Origin: Trichoplax adhaerens
Lineage: Eukaryota > Animalia > Placozoa
Assembly (NCBI RefSeq): GCF_000150275.1
Contig: NW_002060948.1
Span: forward strand, 496,001-560,000
Direction: 5' to 3'
Length of the DNA stretch: 64,000 bases
Shown here: positions 1-12,606 of the stretch, one piece after another
Layout: every line of letters starts with the position of its first letter
How positions within the stretch are numbered: the first letter of the stretch is position 1
Notes under the pieces: generated by a model
The model's input: only the letters and a program-made list of their open reading frames with translations
What the model was told of the DNA's origin: nothing
The model's database searches: none
Translations under genes and position numbers: made by a program

Positions 1-1009
1 AAAATACAAGGCTTAGCATTTATACAGTATATTCTCATCCTCACTACACTGTACTATCGTGAGATTGATTGATACCAAACAACCACTCTATTGACAATTA
101 TGATAGCAAAATTTTTACATGAGCAATCTTGGACTGCTTCATAGATAAAACACTATGTCGTAAAATTGAAATTGGTCTAAAATTACCTTTTCTTTCAACG
201 GGCTGCTTTAGTGTATTCAGTGAGAGCTAGTGAGATTGTTGAAAATGATTCAATGAAATGGAATTGCTAGATTAGTTTGTACACAATGTACTGTATTATC
301 ATTGGCTTCAATAGGCATACTATAAGCATTGAACGTAGGAGCAAGAAACAGAATGACCATCGATTGATTATGTTTCCTATATGATCCTCAGACACTTACT
401 ATAGTAATAATATCACCAAGAATGATATTATTTTCTGGATCTGGATCAGTGATAGTTTCGTGTAATTCATTAATTTATTAATATGGACCGTCTCACGTAC
501 TTTATAAACATAATCAATGCATAGTGTTTTACGCTTCGTGATCATGATAGGCAATATTCATTTTACAGACTTACATACCAAAATTGGACTTATGTTCCAT
601 CCCCCTCCAACCGGAATTTGGTACAACAATTTACTATTGGATACAAGATGATTATGGAACAGCTTAATCCGAACTCCATTCAGATCCAAGCGAATAAACA
701 TAAAGTAAATTTCAATTCAGGTACTGCATCAATAATAATAAATTGAATTATTTATCAACCGTAATAACTACTTTTGCTAGTCAACAATACGGTGGCATTC
801 TCTTATCCTCTTACACATGATAGAAGTTGAATGGAGACTAATTATAATGTCATTGATCACTTTTATACTGCTGTAGTAATAGTCATTCTATGAATCAATG
901 TCGTCGCCCTTGCAATGTCTTTTTCCTTTTTTCTTATTTTTTAAATTATATATCAAATATTTACTCTAGTTGATCATATTATATTTTTTTCCCCTTGGCT
1001 CTATTATAG

Positions 1010-4000
1010 CTAGGACAAAAACGGAACATGATGTTGCTACAAATAAATTTTTACCAACCAATTCAGGTAATTAATTAAGCCTATTTTTATTACCTACTAT
1101 CGTAAATGCTTATACATAGTATATGGTATTACTACACTATATGTGTAAATAAACAAAAGCTATGATGTACTATACTGATAGTAGAGTATAATAACAAGCA
1201 TGAATCTGGGCATATCGTACTTATAGTAACTTATTTTTGTTCTAAATAGACACTGTCCTAGGAAATCGTTATCGCTATAAAGAAATAATTGGTCATGGAA
1301 CATTTTCAGTAGTAATTGCAGCCAAGGTACAAATATATTATGAATAAAAGTACCTTAATTATGTCAATGTTACGATTACACTTACTTATCTCTAATAGTG
1401 GTAATGGTTTCATGATACGATAATCAATTTTTAATCATGCAATATATCCAGTATTTAGCCCCATTTATACTTTCACATCAATTTCAATGAATCTTGCTTA
1501 CTGACCACTTACGGTTGACTACCACTGTAATCACTATTAAAAACTCCTTACTAAATCTTGCAAGGATTTATACATGCACAACAAGATCATCGCCATAAAA
1601 ATATTTCATCGCAATTATAAAGTTATTGGTTTACAGGTACGATATCTCAAGTGTTATAATCGACCTGTGATCAAGATAAACACTTGACCATTATTACAAG
1701 ACTTAGCAACTCGAAAGCTATTCACATTTTCCGTTTTATACCAAAGTTGTTTACATCACCTTTTATCTAATAACAGGAAGCTGAATGTGTGCGAAAACTC
1801 AACCAAATGGATTGTATGGATGTATCAAAAGTTATTAAGATCTTTGTATGTATGCAATACTATAAACTGGCACAATTCTTGTCAATGCTTCTTAATCTTG
1901 TAATAAATATTAACCATGGAATATAATCATAGCGGGGAATGATTCTTAAGCGATCAATATGATAATTAGCCCTAAAATTTACCCTCTTTTGCCGATATTT
2001 AATTCTTTTAATTTTACTAGAATACCATCATGTATGAAGACCATCTCTGTATTGTCTATCAATGTTTGGATCCCAGACCAATTACTGCTTATTTCCAGGT
2101 TTATTACGATTTATTTAATAATACTTATTGTAACTTATCCAGCGCAAAGTCTATCCTAGTCTTACCTAGGCTAACTACCAAATAAAGTATGCATTAATAT
2201 TTCGTTTTATTTAGAGGGTGACAGTCAATGAAAACCATGAAGAGGTAGAAGGCCTCGCAACTAGTTCAAACTTGTATAAATTTTTAAAATTGTCCTCTTT
2301 TATGTTCATTTCTTAATATCAATGATGTTTTGTTGTTTTGATAAAATTAACAGAAGTTGAAGTTATTACGCCACGTTGTGAAGCAGGTATAGCTTAAGGT
2401 TTTACTGACTGTACAGTACTTTATATTAATCCTATACGGTTTTAGTCAGGTACTCATGTTATTCATTTATTTTTTCGCAATGTTTGGAAATCCAACAGTT
2501 ATTGGAATGTTTAGCTTTCCTACGAAGGTGTGTAATAGTTGATGCTAATTATTATCTTTAACCTTTGGGTGCTAATTGTACATAATGCGAGTATATCCGC
2601 ATATTATGATATATCGTAACTAATTTACACTTAACCCCTAGAGCAAATATCATTCATGCTGATATAAAACCAGCCAATATTCTTGTATCTAATGGTAAGT
2701 CACTCATGATAAAATAAAGCAGCTGATAAGATATTATATATACACTCCTTTATTTTTTTCTTACGATATTGCTTTATCTTTGAAGAAAGTGACTTATCAA
2801 TTAAATTGGTGGATTTTAGCAATTCATTCCATTGTGTCCATGAAGAGGTAAAATTTGCTATACTTACTAGCTGTATGTAGACATAAATTAATATAAGCAG
2901 TGCAATAATGAATGTTATCGTAAGCTTCCACTTATCTTAAATGCAGCTCACTTAACGTATGCTTTACCTTTATTTGAACGATACTACAATTATGCAGTAA
3001 TTTTTACGTATATATGTACAATTGGATATATTTATTCATTGTCCAGATTGAAATATTAAAATGTTATTTGTTTTGTCCGCAGATTTGTCTATATTACGAT
3101 AACTTTGAATTACAAACTTTGAACTATCGTGCACCTGAGGTAGAGATATAAATACAAATAAAATCTATTATCTTAAAGACCAAGAATGACAGTAAGCTTG
3201 ATAGGTAATGCTTGGAATTCCTTTCGGACCTGAAATCGATATGTGGTCGTTAGGGTGTGTTGTAGCTGAGGTATATTTGAACTTCTCTTTCTGCCTTAAA
3301 GGCTTATGTTTAATAACCTACGGTAACAGGGAATAAAACTTTACAATTTTTTGTTTTATACTTTCAGCTATACTCGTGTAAGCCGTTATTTAAAGGAAAG
3401 TATAAAGGAGAAATAATTCAAAATGTAAGATGTCACTGCCACAATATTCGAAGAACTATGCTTTTATTAAAATGTGTTAATAAATATAATAACATCCCGT
3501 AGATTAGTAATTTACTCGGTTCCTGGCCGGTAAGTTTTTTTCGTCGAGGTAAATTTTACCAGGAATTTGCTAATGAGGTTATTGAACACCCAAAAAATAC
3601 GTATTGTAAGTAGCCCTTCATTTTACAGTATTACCCGAAGTTGGCATGAATTACATGATTTATAAATTCTATCATTTACGTCTTATCCATAGTTACTCAT
3701 AGAGAATATCTAATCATGGATAAAATAAATGACAAAATAAGATGCTTCAATCTAGCGAATCTAATTCTTGGACTCTTAAAGTACAATCCTAGTACGTAAT
3801 ACCTTGGTATTTATATATATTACTAAGTTTATTTAATATCTAGATAAACAACGATGATTATGATACTGGTATATTCTTTTAGGTGAGCGATATTCGGTAT
3901 CTGAAGTGGTACAACATCCCTTTATGCTGGCAGAAAATTCTGTGAATTACTTTTTATTTAATGATGGTAACTCTTAACAATCATACGATGTATCGTATCT

Positions 4001-4654
4001 ATATTCAGTTATATTATTGCATCGATAAAGTTATGTGAAAGCAATATGCAACAATTACTATCAACTTTAAAAGCATTTAACTGTGATGATTTTTTTTTAT
4101 GTATGATATTATTTCAAGACTTATCTGGCAGTGGAGTCGTTCCATCAGGCACTTATCAGTACAAACCGGATAACTCAAAGAATAACTTACGATTACCAGT
4201 CAAACAAGATAAGATGACAAAGTGTACTCGAAAACGCCCAGAAACTTCAGACAGCTCCAACGTAAAATCAATTGGAACAGAATTTTCCAGCATTAATGTG
4301 AAGGTGTTCTGTTTACAGAGGACGACGTCAAACTGTAACAGCGGTGAGTCTGAAAAGACAGCAGCAATCACTTCCAATAACGAACTAGATCTAGTAAATG
4401 TGGGAGATACTTCCGATGATGAAATTACTGATTCTGTTCAAAATGTCCATGCTGCTGTTCCTAACCACAAGGATTACGTAGAAATATATGATAACTGTGC
4501 TAGATCTCGTGGGTCATTTTGGTTAAGGTCTAGCTCCGAAGATAATACAACTATCAATGAAACTTTAAACACTCACGAAAAAAGCGTCGCCAATAGGAAT
4601 AATAGTTGCGCTCGGACTAGAATCATCACTGTAAATACTACGATTGCATCGTAG
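1010..4654 (+). CDS. Divergent CMGC Ser/Thr kinase (DYRK/HIPK/PRP4-like), multi-exon; 5' end not resolved
   Basis: Phase-consistent GT-AG exons: 1010-1066, 1250-1326, 1565-1636, 1777-1845, 2021-2098, 2215-2244, 2354-2386, 2499-2527, 2642-2694, 2786-2847, 3083-3139, 3205-3270, 3368-3424, 3503-3605, 3693-3791, 3883-3966, 4119-4654. Translation gives IGHGTFSVV (Gly loop), IAIKIF, HADIKPANIL, IKLVDFSNS, LQTLNYRAPE, IDMWSLGCVVAE and HPF, then a Ser/Thr/Asn-rich tail. Start codon lies upstream of 1010 and was not identified. Confidence 0.88.
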
Positions 4655-5645
4655 TACTCCAAGGGTGTTTTATCTGTTGAGTTTTATTTAGAAAGCATTG
4701 CAACTATCCAGGCTTTTTATTTTAAAGCTAAAAAATTTTTCTAAGTAAGGAACAATCGTTTTTGTGAATGAAGCTTAATACTTGATGGATTGATATATCA
4801 TTTATCAAACATCAAGCTAAAATTTTAATACTGTGCTCATATATAATGCACATGTAAATACCCATTTACTGTATATAAATTTAATGATACCAACACGTAG
4901 ATGTATATTTTGTACATAAAATACTGTCCGTAATCGAAGTGTACTATATTGATTAAAAATATTGTAAAGTGAATTGTAAAAATGTAACACTTTAAACTTT
5001 CTTATTTTTACTATTTACTTCATTTCATTTAATGTAAATACACGGACGTATTTATTAAATTAATGTACATTCAATTTACTCAAGTTATTATATACGGCAT
5101 TCACGTAGTCATTTTTTTATAGTTTAGAATAAATATTTCAAGAAACTGTATGTCATATTAATTACTTTTGCTGTTGTTTCTTTGCATGGAATTTTTGAAG
5201 AAAGTTAGGCGTATGTACGGTGGAATCTAGGCTTTAATCGTAACGATAAGACTGTTGTCTAAACTATAACGCAATCATCACTTTTATTATCATAAAAGAG
5301 ATTTATCGATCGATGCTACGGTACATTTATATAGTAGGGATATAAAATTTAAACGTTTTATTACTAATCAGTGCATCCCCAAAAATAATTGGTAATGATA
5401 ATTAATTGCTCGTAAGATAAGCAAACTCTTAAAATATTACTTTGACTCGGTTATTGATGAATCTTACAGTCAAGCAGCCATTTTATAACAGCGATAATAA
5501 ATTGACAACAATTGTTTAGTCACTGTAAACAGCATTGGAAAGATTAAGAATAAGCGATCATATACGTATATCTATCTTAACCAGAAACAAAATGGTTACG
5601 AGCTACTATAGTTAATCATCAAACACCATTTTGTTATATTTAACA

Positions 5646-8600
5646 TCACTCAGTGGATAAGAATTGAAATGCTGTGTCACGTTCTTCAACTAATTCATTA
5701 GCAGTTGCTTCCATTTTAGAACGTGCGAAATCGCTAACACTAAGTCCATTAACGAATTCCCATTTACGATTCTTAATTCTTACTGGAAATGAGTACATTA
5801 CATTATCTGGAACGCCATATGAGTTACCATCTGAAATAACACCCATAGAGGTCCATTCACCCTATATTGCGTAAGTGATTACGGTATTATTCAGTAAAAG
5901 ATTAATTTATTCTTACAAATATTAGACATTGACGATTCCTTACGTTCAGTTCAGAATCATACAACATGATTGTATATTCATATATACCATACTAGAAATT
6001 GTGGCCCGAGTAATCTTACCTCTTTTGTGCCATTCCATAAATCGCGTACATGATCGCAAATAGCTTTCGCAGCTGAGACAGCACTTGAAAACTTTCGTGC
6101 AGCAATAACAGCAGCGCCGCGTTTTTGGACAGTCTGCAATTCAGTCAAAAAAATTGCGTATATTAGTAACATAGTAACAAGTAGATGTAATAGGCATGAA
6201 TTTTGTGAAAGACAAGATAACTAAAGTTAATGTAAACATTTACAGAAATGAATTCCCCGTGAAGCCAATTATCGTCGCTAACTCGCTCAGTAACACTGTC
6301 GCCATTAGTCATTTTGGCATGAGAAGCATCTGGAAATTGTGTTGAAGAATGATTACCCCAAATGATGACGTTGCGTACTTCGGTGTTCTTAACATTCAAA
6401 CGCGCAGCTATCTACCAGAAGAAATTTCAACAGGATGATATATAATGTCAGTAACTAAAGAACTGGCGTACAGTAGCATAACATCTCAAAACAATCAATA
6501 ACATATTAAGTACCTGAGCTTGTGCTCTATTTTGATCTAATCGAGTAAGACATGAAAAATTCTCTTTTGGAATAGTTTTCGCATATTGAGACATAACCAG
6601 ACAATTGGTATTAGCCGGATTGCCGACAACAACTACCTAAAGATTTAATAGTTATAGTCAGTACAATTTCTATGTGTTCGTACATATAATAATTATACGA
6701 CCTAATCATACAATTTCAGTGCTGGACATTTACAGTAGTAATGACTAATCATTAAAAAATAATTTTCTCATATACGTATATTCATTTTATATACCCTGAC
6801 ATCCTTTTTAGCAACTTCATCGATTGCCTTTCCTTGTACTTCAAAGATCTTAACATTCGCCTTAAGCAAGTCTTTCCTCAGCATACCTTCCCTACGTGGC
6901 ATAGCGCCAACCATAATCGCAAGATCGATGTCTTTGAAAGCCACTTTAGGGTCATCAGTTGCAATAGTTTCTGCGGAGTTATTGAGAATAACAGTAACGT
7001 TAAATAATAGCGTGGAAGCGACATTTACAAAATTTTAGCACATTCAACAAGGCCATTTACATAATAGATTTATTAACATTATTCCATACTAGAAAGGCAA
7101 GCCAGCCATTGTATTTACAAGACTTTTAATCATCTGATAATGACTACTAGTATTTGATGTGAACCTGGCTAGATTTAAGGTTACTACGCGTTATACTTTT
7201 ACAGCAAATTAAAAATTAGATTCACCAGTACAATTATCCATAGAATTTTTACCAGTATCGCTAAGGACTTTGTAGAAAGTAAAAATGTTAATGTAGAGTT
7301 ACAAAATATATAGCTGATGTACGGAAGCTCGTAGGGAAAACTTTACATCTTTATAGAGTAACGGACTAATTGGCTATAAAAATTTAACCAACACACTTCC
7401 CCTCTGGCAATGATTGTGAATCATACGTATTTAATAACATGTTCGTGATTCGTAAAGTATAGGTTGATCATGTTTTCCCGATATCGCTATTCAATTTAAC
7501 TTATTAAATCACAATGCAATAATAATAAATTAATTAATTAATTGACAGAAAAAAGACGTAGGTTACAGCACCCTAAAAGTTAGCATATGTTCTACGGTTA
7601 ATAACCAGCTTTCATAGCAACAAGACCGCAGCACATGCTACTATCTACAGTATCTGGTATAACTTTGTGCTAAATATACGCGTATGAACGCAACTTGTCA
7701 TAGGATACTAGATGTTGTGATCAGCTGTTCTTAGCAGATTAATATTTTAAAGCGGAAACATAGAGATACTACCGTCGAATTGACAACACTTGATGTTGTT
7801 TTTTTAATCCTAACGATTTAAAGTAAGTAAATCTTTGTGTTATGAAATACCTATAGCAGTATATTCAATAATTACATTATGTTATCTTGTATAAAATATT
7901 CTTTGCAATCAGCAGTGTAATTTATTTATTTATACTGTATATACGATTGCACAAGCTAATCAATGCTGGAAATCGATCAAAAAAAAGGTATAGTATAGTA
8001 CAGTACTGTACATACATACAATACGGAAACAATAAATCGATAACGGAAAATTCTTGACCGATAAACCAGTTGTACAGCACTTAGGGCGCTCTGGGTAATA
8101 ATGCTTAGCCACTTATTCTGGATGTCTAAAGGACTGTACAGTGTACAGTACAGTCTGTATTTTCTTAACGGTAAGATAACTAAATTGCTTCGAGCAAGGA
8201 AAAAATTTTTTAAAACAAACTCATTTTCGTATATATGTTATACACTCATTCTACAACACGCTAGAAAAATTATTATACCACATCAACCGCATATATTCTT
8301 ACCTTTCAAAAGTGGTAAAGCACAATCTTGCAATTCCATAGCGACGCCACCTAAGGCTCCCATCATAACAGGAATATCCAGGAGTATCAAAATGACGGGC
8401 TAAATCAAAATAACCATACCATTACGATAGAACAGATTACAACTTCAATTACGTACAGTACGTATATGGAGAAAATGTGACTAAATACGGCTTAACACAT
8501 TATCGTTTTACAATTAACGTATAGTAAATATAGTAATAAATCATTGCAAACGTAATATACGTAGCCAAAAATTGCCTCGCTTCCGTACTATCGTCTGTGA

Positions 8601-10294
8601 TCCCTTTAATACGGATTCTAAATTCTAAATGCTTCGATGATCACTCATACAGCTTTCTGTTACTATTACGAGAATCGGTTAACATAAAGATCAAGTGTTA
8701 AACTATTACTTTATGGTCGAAAATTTACCAATAAGAACTCTGTTTGAAGCAACAGTTCAAAATTTAAAATGCATACTACCAAGAACATTACTACACAGCT
8801 GCAGCATTTACATTCAATTAATGTGCAACTATGAATCGTTCAAGTCATGTACATTGTACGGTATAATCCTAATTCAATTCTGTCTTAATTAATATCAAAT
8901 TGAAAGCTTCCATTTAAAAAGCTAATGATTAACGTAATATTGAATCGTCTTGTTTAGCATAGGATAATGCAATATGATGACAACGAAAGCGTAGTAAACC
9001 CCTCAATGCTAGCATTGAGTCTAACATGTGTGTGTATAATTCATTATGCATGTTCCTGAAGGAGAAGTCGCAGTAAACTAACTTGGACTGTTTTAGTGTT
9101 TTTTCTACAAATTTATGTCCTACTTTCTCACATAGCACAAATTTATGGCATAATTTCCACATAGCACAAGAAAATAAGGAGAATATTTTAAAACTTGATA
9201 AGTCAGCTTTAATCTTCTTCTCTGATAACTTGTTATGATGCATGTGTTTGCCTTTCCAATCAGTTCTTGAAAGGTAGATGTCATATTGTACAGTAAAGCA
9301 TCAGAATGACGCTATTTTGAGAAAAATTACTCCAGTATGTAGTAGCTTTGACATTGTTAATGGCTACAATTAGTTTGACATAATAACTGGTATTTCTACG
9401 TACTTTGGACATTGAACTATGCTCAATCCTGTTCAATTTTGTCGCTCAAAAATAGCTGATAACGTTTACAATTTATGGCAAAGTATTAATCATCCTCATC
9501 CAACTGTTGCATCATGTCATTGCGATCACTGGCGATTAGGTTAGAATATACAATCGTTGTCCCAATTTTTACCTGATCTTGTCCAAAAACATCTCCTTTG
9601 GCAAGTTGATACAGGAGAGAATATGCAATTTGACCAGCAGCACCGGTAACGCAAACTCGAAGTGGCTCAGCCTATATTTTTAGAACGCAAGAAAAAATAT
9701 ATAAATATCATATTACAGTATGACATATAACCTATTCCTACTGTGCACTATCTTGTGAATCAATGTTGAGCTGTGAGCAGATCTACAGGGTAATTCCAAA
9801 TTGTAGGATTATAACACATGACGATCAGGAGTCTTTTCAGTCAATATTGAGAAGCTGGTCATATTCAATCCATATTCCAGTATGACTTGTAACGACTTCA
9901 CGAAATGGGTGTAGACATACTGTACTGCTGATTAAAGTCTACTTTGAAAACGCTCTGACATGACTGCAATAGTTGCTATGACTATCAATAGAGGGGAAAT
10001 GATAGTATCTTGATCGAAGTTGCACCATCCCTCAACTCTATAGTACAATACATAGGATTGATTGACTTGCATTGGAAGAGAAAATCATTCCACTATGACA
10101 CAAGCAAGGTCGAGCCCAACGCGTATCTTGTTTCCTCTGTTATGGTCTTTTAGATGACCTTGGTGACTACAGTATCATTTTTTTCTTGTCGTTATCAACT
10201 CCACTCAATCTAGTAATACATTGCTTTGCACTTTTCAAGCCTATACAAGGGGTTAGCATGAATAAAAGTGAGCAATATTGATAGGACCTACCAT
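5646..10294 (-). CDS. MDH1: Cytosolic malate dehydrogenase
   Basis: Exons (minus): 10292-10294 (ATG only), 9573-9671, 8303-8399, 6795-6970, 6514-6636, 6244-6411, 6020-6133, 5646-5861. Motifs [81 protein letters not shown]. Confidence 0.97.
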
Positions 10295-10476
10295 TTTGAT
10301 GCAAGTTGTAGTGGTTTGTTCTCCGTGTTTTTCAATGAAAGAAACGTCTCGCTCCTCGACGCAGTACAGCAGGCGTTAAAGTAGACCGTGTTGCAGAGAC
10401 CTCAGCTATAAATACTCTGTCTTATCAGTAGCTTCACCATCGCTGTACTGTACTGTACTGTACCGTGTGTACGTCA

Positions 10477-10620
10477 GACTTGTGACGTCGCCGACCAAAC
10501 GCTCGTCCATCCCATCTGTGAACCCACAACATGTCCTCAACTTCAACTGACTTGTGACGTCGCCGACCAAACGCTCGTCTATCCCATCTGTGAACCCACA
10601 ACATGCCCTCAACTTCAACC
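10477..10620. repeat. Direct tandem duplication, 2 x 72 bp, upstream of MDH1
   Basis: GACTTGTGACGTCGCCGACCAAACGCTCGTCYATCCCATCTGTGAACCCACAACATGYCCTCAACTTCAAC starts at 10477 and 10549, with 2 substitutions. Confidence 0.92.
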
Positions 10621-11365
10621 TCAAATGTCCAGTGACAACTGATACCTAACACCAGATAGCGATACTGCGGGGACAGCTAAAACATACTACAGCACAGTAC
10701 ACACCACTATAGAAATTGGTAATGTAATCAAGGTACAGTACTGTACAGTGTACGTGGTATGGGTCAAACTTTCTACACACGTGAGTACTGCACTGTACCG
10801 TCCAGTACTACAGTGTACAGTACGTTGGACTGTACTCTACAAGTGTACGCACTGTACTGCATACTGTATTTCTATCATTAATATGGTAATTTGGGTGGCG
10901 TTATATTTTCCCTATTAATATTAATATATTTATTTATTTGCTTATTTATTTGATTTGATGATAATGATTACAGTACATAATCAAATTTAGTTTACTGTAC
11001 AGTATATTACTGTACACATAGTACTGTACATACTGTAAAGTACAGTATGTCGGAAAATCCTTTTCACTGGTGTACCTTGAAGCCGTTGCGTTTACCTACT
11101 TCGCTTGTAAACATGCGACATGTCCACGTGTATCAACCGTGCTACAGCCGCGGCTAACCCTTTCCTATTTACTACTGTAGTAGATAATGTAGTCACTAGT
11201 CACTACAAAAATTGACTGAACACAAGAGTCGCCCTTCCAGTTTCGCTCTTCTCTCCTAGTTGTCCCTGCGACGTTGATGTACATACAAAATATGGCTCGC
11301 CTCGATCTATCAAATTATACTGATAGCAAGGGAGGGTTGGGACTCGTCATTTAATACAAAACACT

Positions 11366-11678
11366 TAGGGACTGCTGAACTAAAAGAAGAGAAGGAGAGA
11401 GGGACGAGTACAATTCAAACTAGTCACTAGCGGCCGCTCAGTGCAAAATAATGAGGGAGCTTATCATTTTTCTCCTCATTCTACTATACGCTACGACCGA
11501 AATCGTATACTACACTGTACAAAACCAACCAAGCGGCCAATTTGGATGACAATCGTGGACAGTGTATCGTTTCAGATATACGGCACAGCTGAGATGACCA
11601 GCAAAATAGTCGGCCCCCTCATTTTTAGTATACTGAATGGCCCTTCTCTGTCCCTCTTTCTTCTTTCAGTAGTCCCTG
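11366..11678. mobile_element. MITE-like element, family A, copy 1
   Basis: Inverted ends TAGGGACTGCTGAA..AAGAAGAG..GAGGGAC and GTCCCTCTTTCTTCTTTCAGTAGTCCCTG; internal sequence similar to 19956-20252 and to the reverse complement of about 33716-33870; no coding capacity. Confidence 0.75.
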
Positions 11679-11871
11679 ACTGTGCCATGGACTAATAAAG
11701 CTTTTCTTATTGAGTCGTCCATGACTGTACTGAATTATACAGCACAATAAGACTCTGCCAAGAACTAGAGTACACTACCAAGTGACAAATCCTTACTCCG
11801 ACTTCAGAGTTGCAGCTTCCTTGCGGGTTGTCTGTAGCATGATCCTTTCGCAAAACTATCCGACTATGATC

Positions 11872-12297
11872 GGAGAATTTGGACCGATCACTCCTGGATG
11901 GACAGACATCTTCGGCCTCATCTGTTTAAGACACTGTACAGTACTGTACAGTGTACAATACAGTACAATTAGTCTGTGTCGAACACTTACAGTACAGTAC
12001 AGTACAGTACTGTACTGTAAGTATGCGGACGGTCGATTTTAAATTGAATGTTTTTTCTAAATTAACAGTAAGGAATATTACATTGAATCTTATTACGCAT
12101 CTGTTACTAAGTTCTGCTTGGAAACACTTCTATAACATTGTCAATATCATTTCAATTAGTACTCGTGATTTGGAAAACAGACACGGAAGACCCATTATTA
12201 AGTAGGCATTTTTGGATAATGAAGACCTTCTTCAACAAGCAAAATCCGTCCTTCCGAGAGAGAAAGTCATCCGTTATGTCCGTCCAGGGTCTTCTTA
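11872..12297. mobile_element. MITE-like element, family B, copy 1 (with internal ACAGT expansion)
   Basis: Colinear with 63124-63481: shared GGACAGACAT.TTCGGCCTCATCT, ATTGAATCTTATTA, AAGTTCTGCTTG.AAACACTT.TATAA, GAAAACAGACACGGAAG, CATTTTTGGATA and GTCCAGG.TCTTCTT. Confidence 0.75.
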
Positions 12298-12324
12298 TCA
12301 GTACTCAGTGACATACAGTACTGT

Positions 12325-12606
12325 AGTGCATGTCGTACCGTACCGTCCGTTGCAAATCCAGTATACAGTACAGTACTGTACACTGAACAGTACCACAGTG
12401 CCAATACAGTAGTACGGTGGCTCACAATACAATAGTGCCTGCCGTACTGTACCGTCCGTTGCAAATCCAGTTTTCAGTACAGTACACTGAGTACAGTACC
12501 CCAGTGGCAATGGTGCATGCCGTACTGTACCGTCCGTTGCAAATGCAGTATGCAGTACAGTACCAATAGTGCATGCCGTACTGTACCGAAGGTGGCAAAT
12601 CCAGTA
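12325..12606. repeat. Four copies of a ~38-bp core separated by variable ACAGT-rich spacers
   Basis: Core (A/G)GTGCATGCCGTACTGTACCGTCCGTTGCAAATCCAGT at 12325, 12434, 12512 and 12568. Confidence 0.85.

Noticed and set aside
338-900. Upstream coding exons of the kinase (e.g. 570-705)
   Set aside because: Splice-like signals are present but no unambiguous in-frame path to 1010 or start codon could be established.
5600-5648. MDH1 stop-codon readthrough to a peroxisomal PTS1 extension, as in vertebrate MDH1x
   Set aside because: Context is TGA-TGT-TAA: no UGA-CUA motif, an immediate second stop and no SKL-like end.
12325-12606. CRISPR-like repeat-spacer array
   Set aside because: Eukaryotic context, no cas genes; spacers are unequal and made of ACAGT microsatellite rather than unique sequence.
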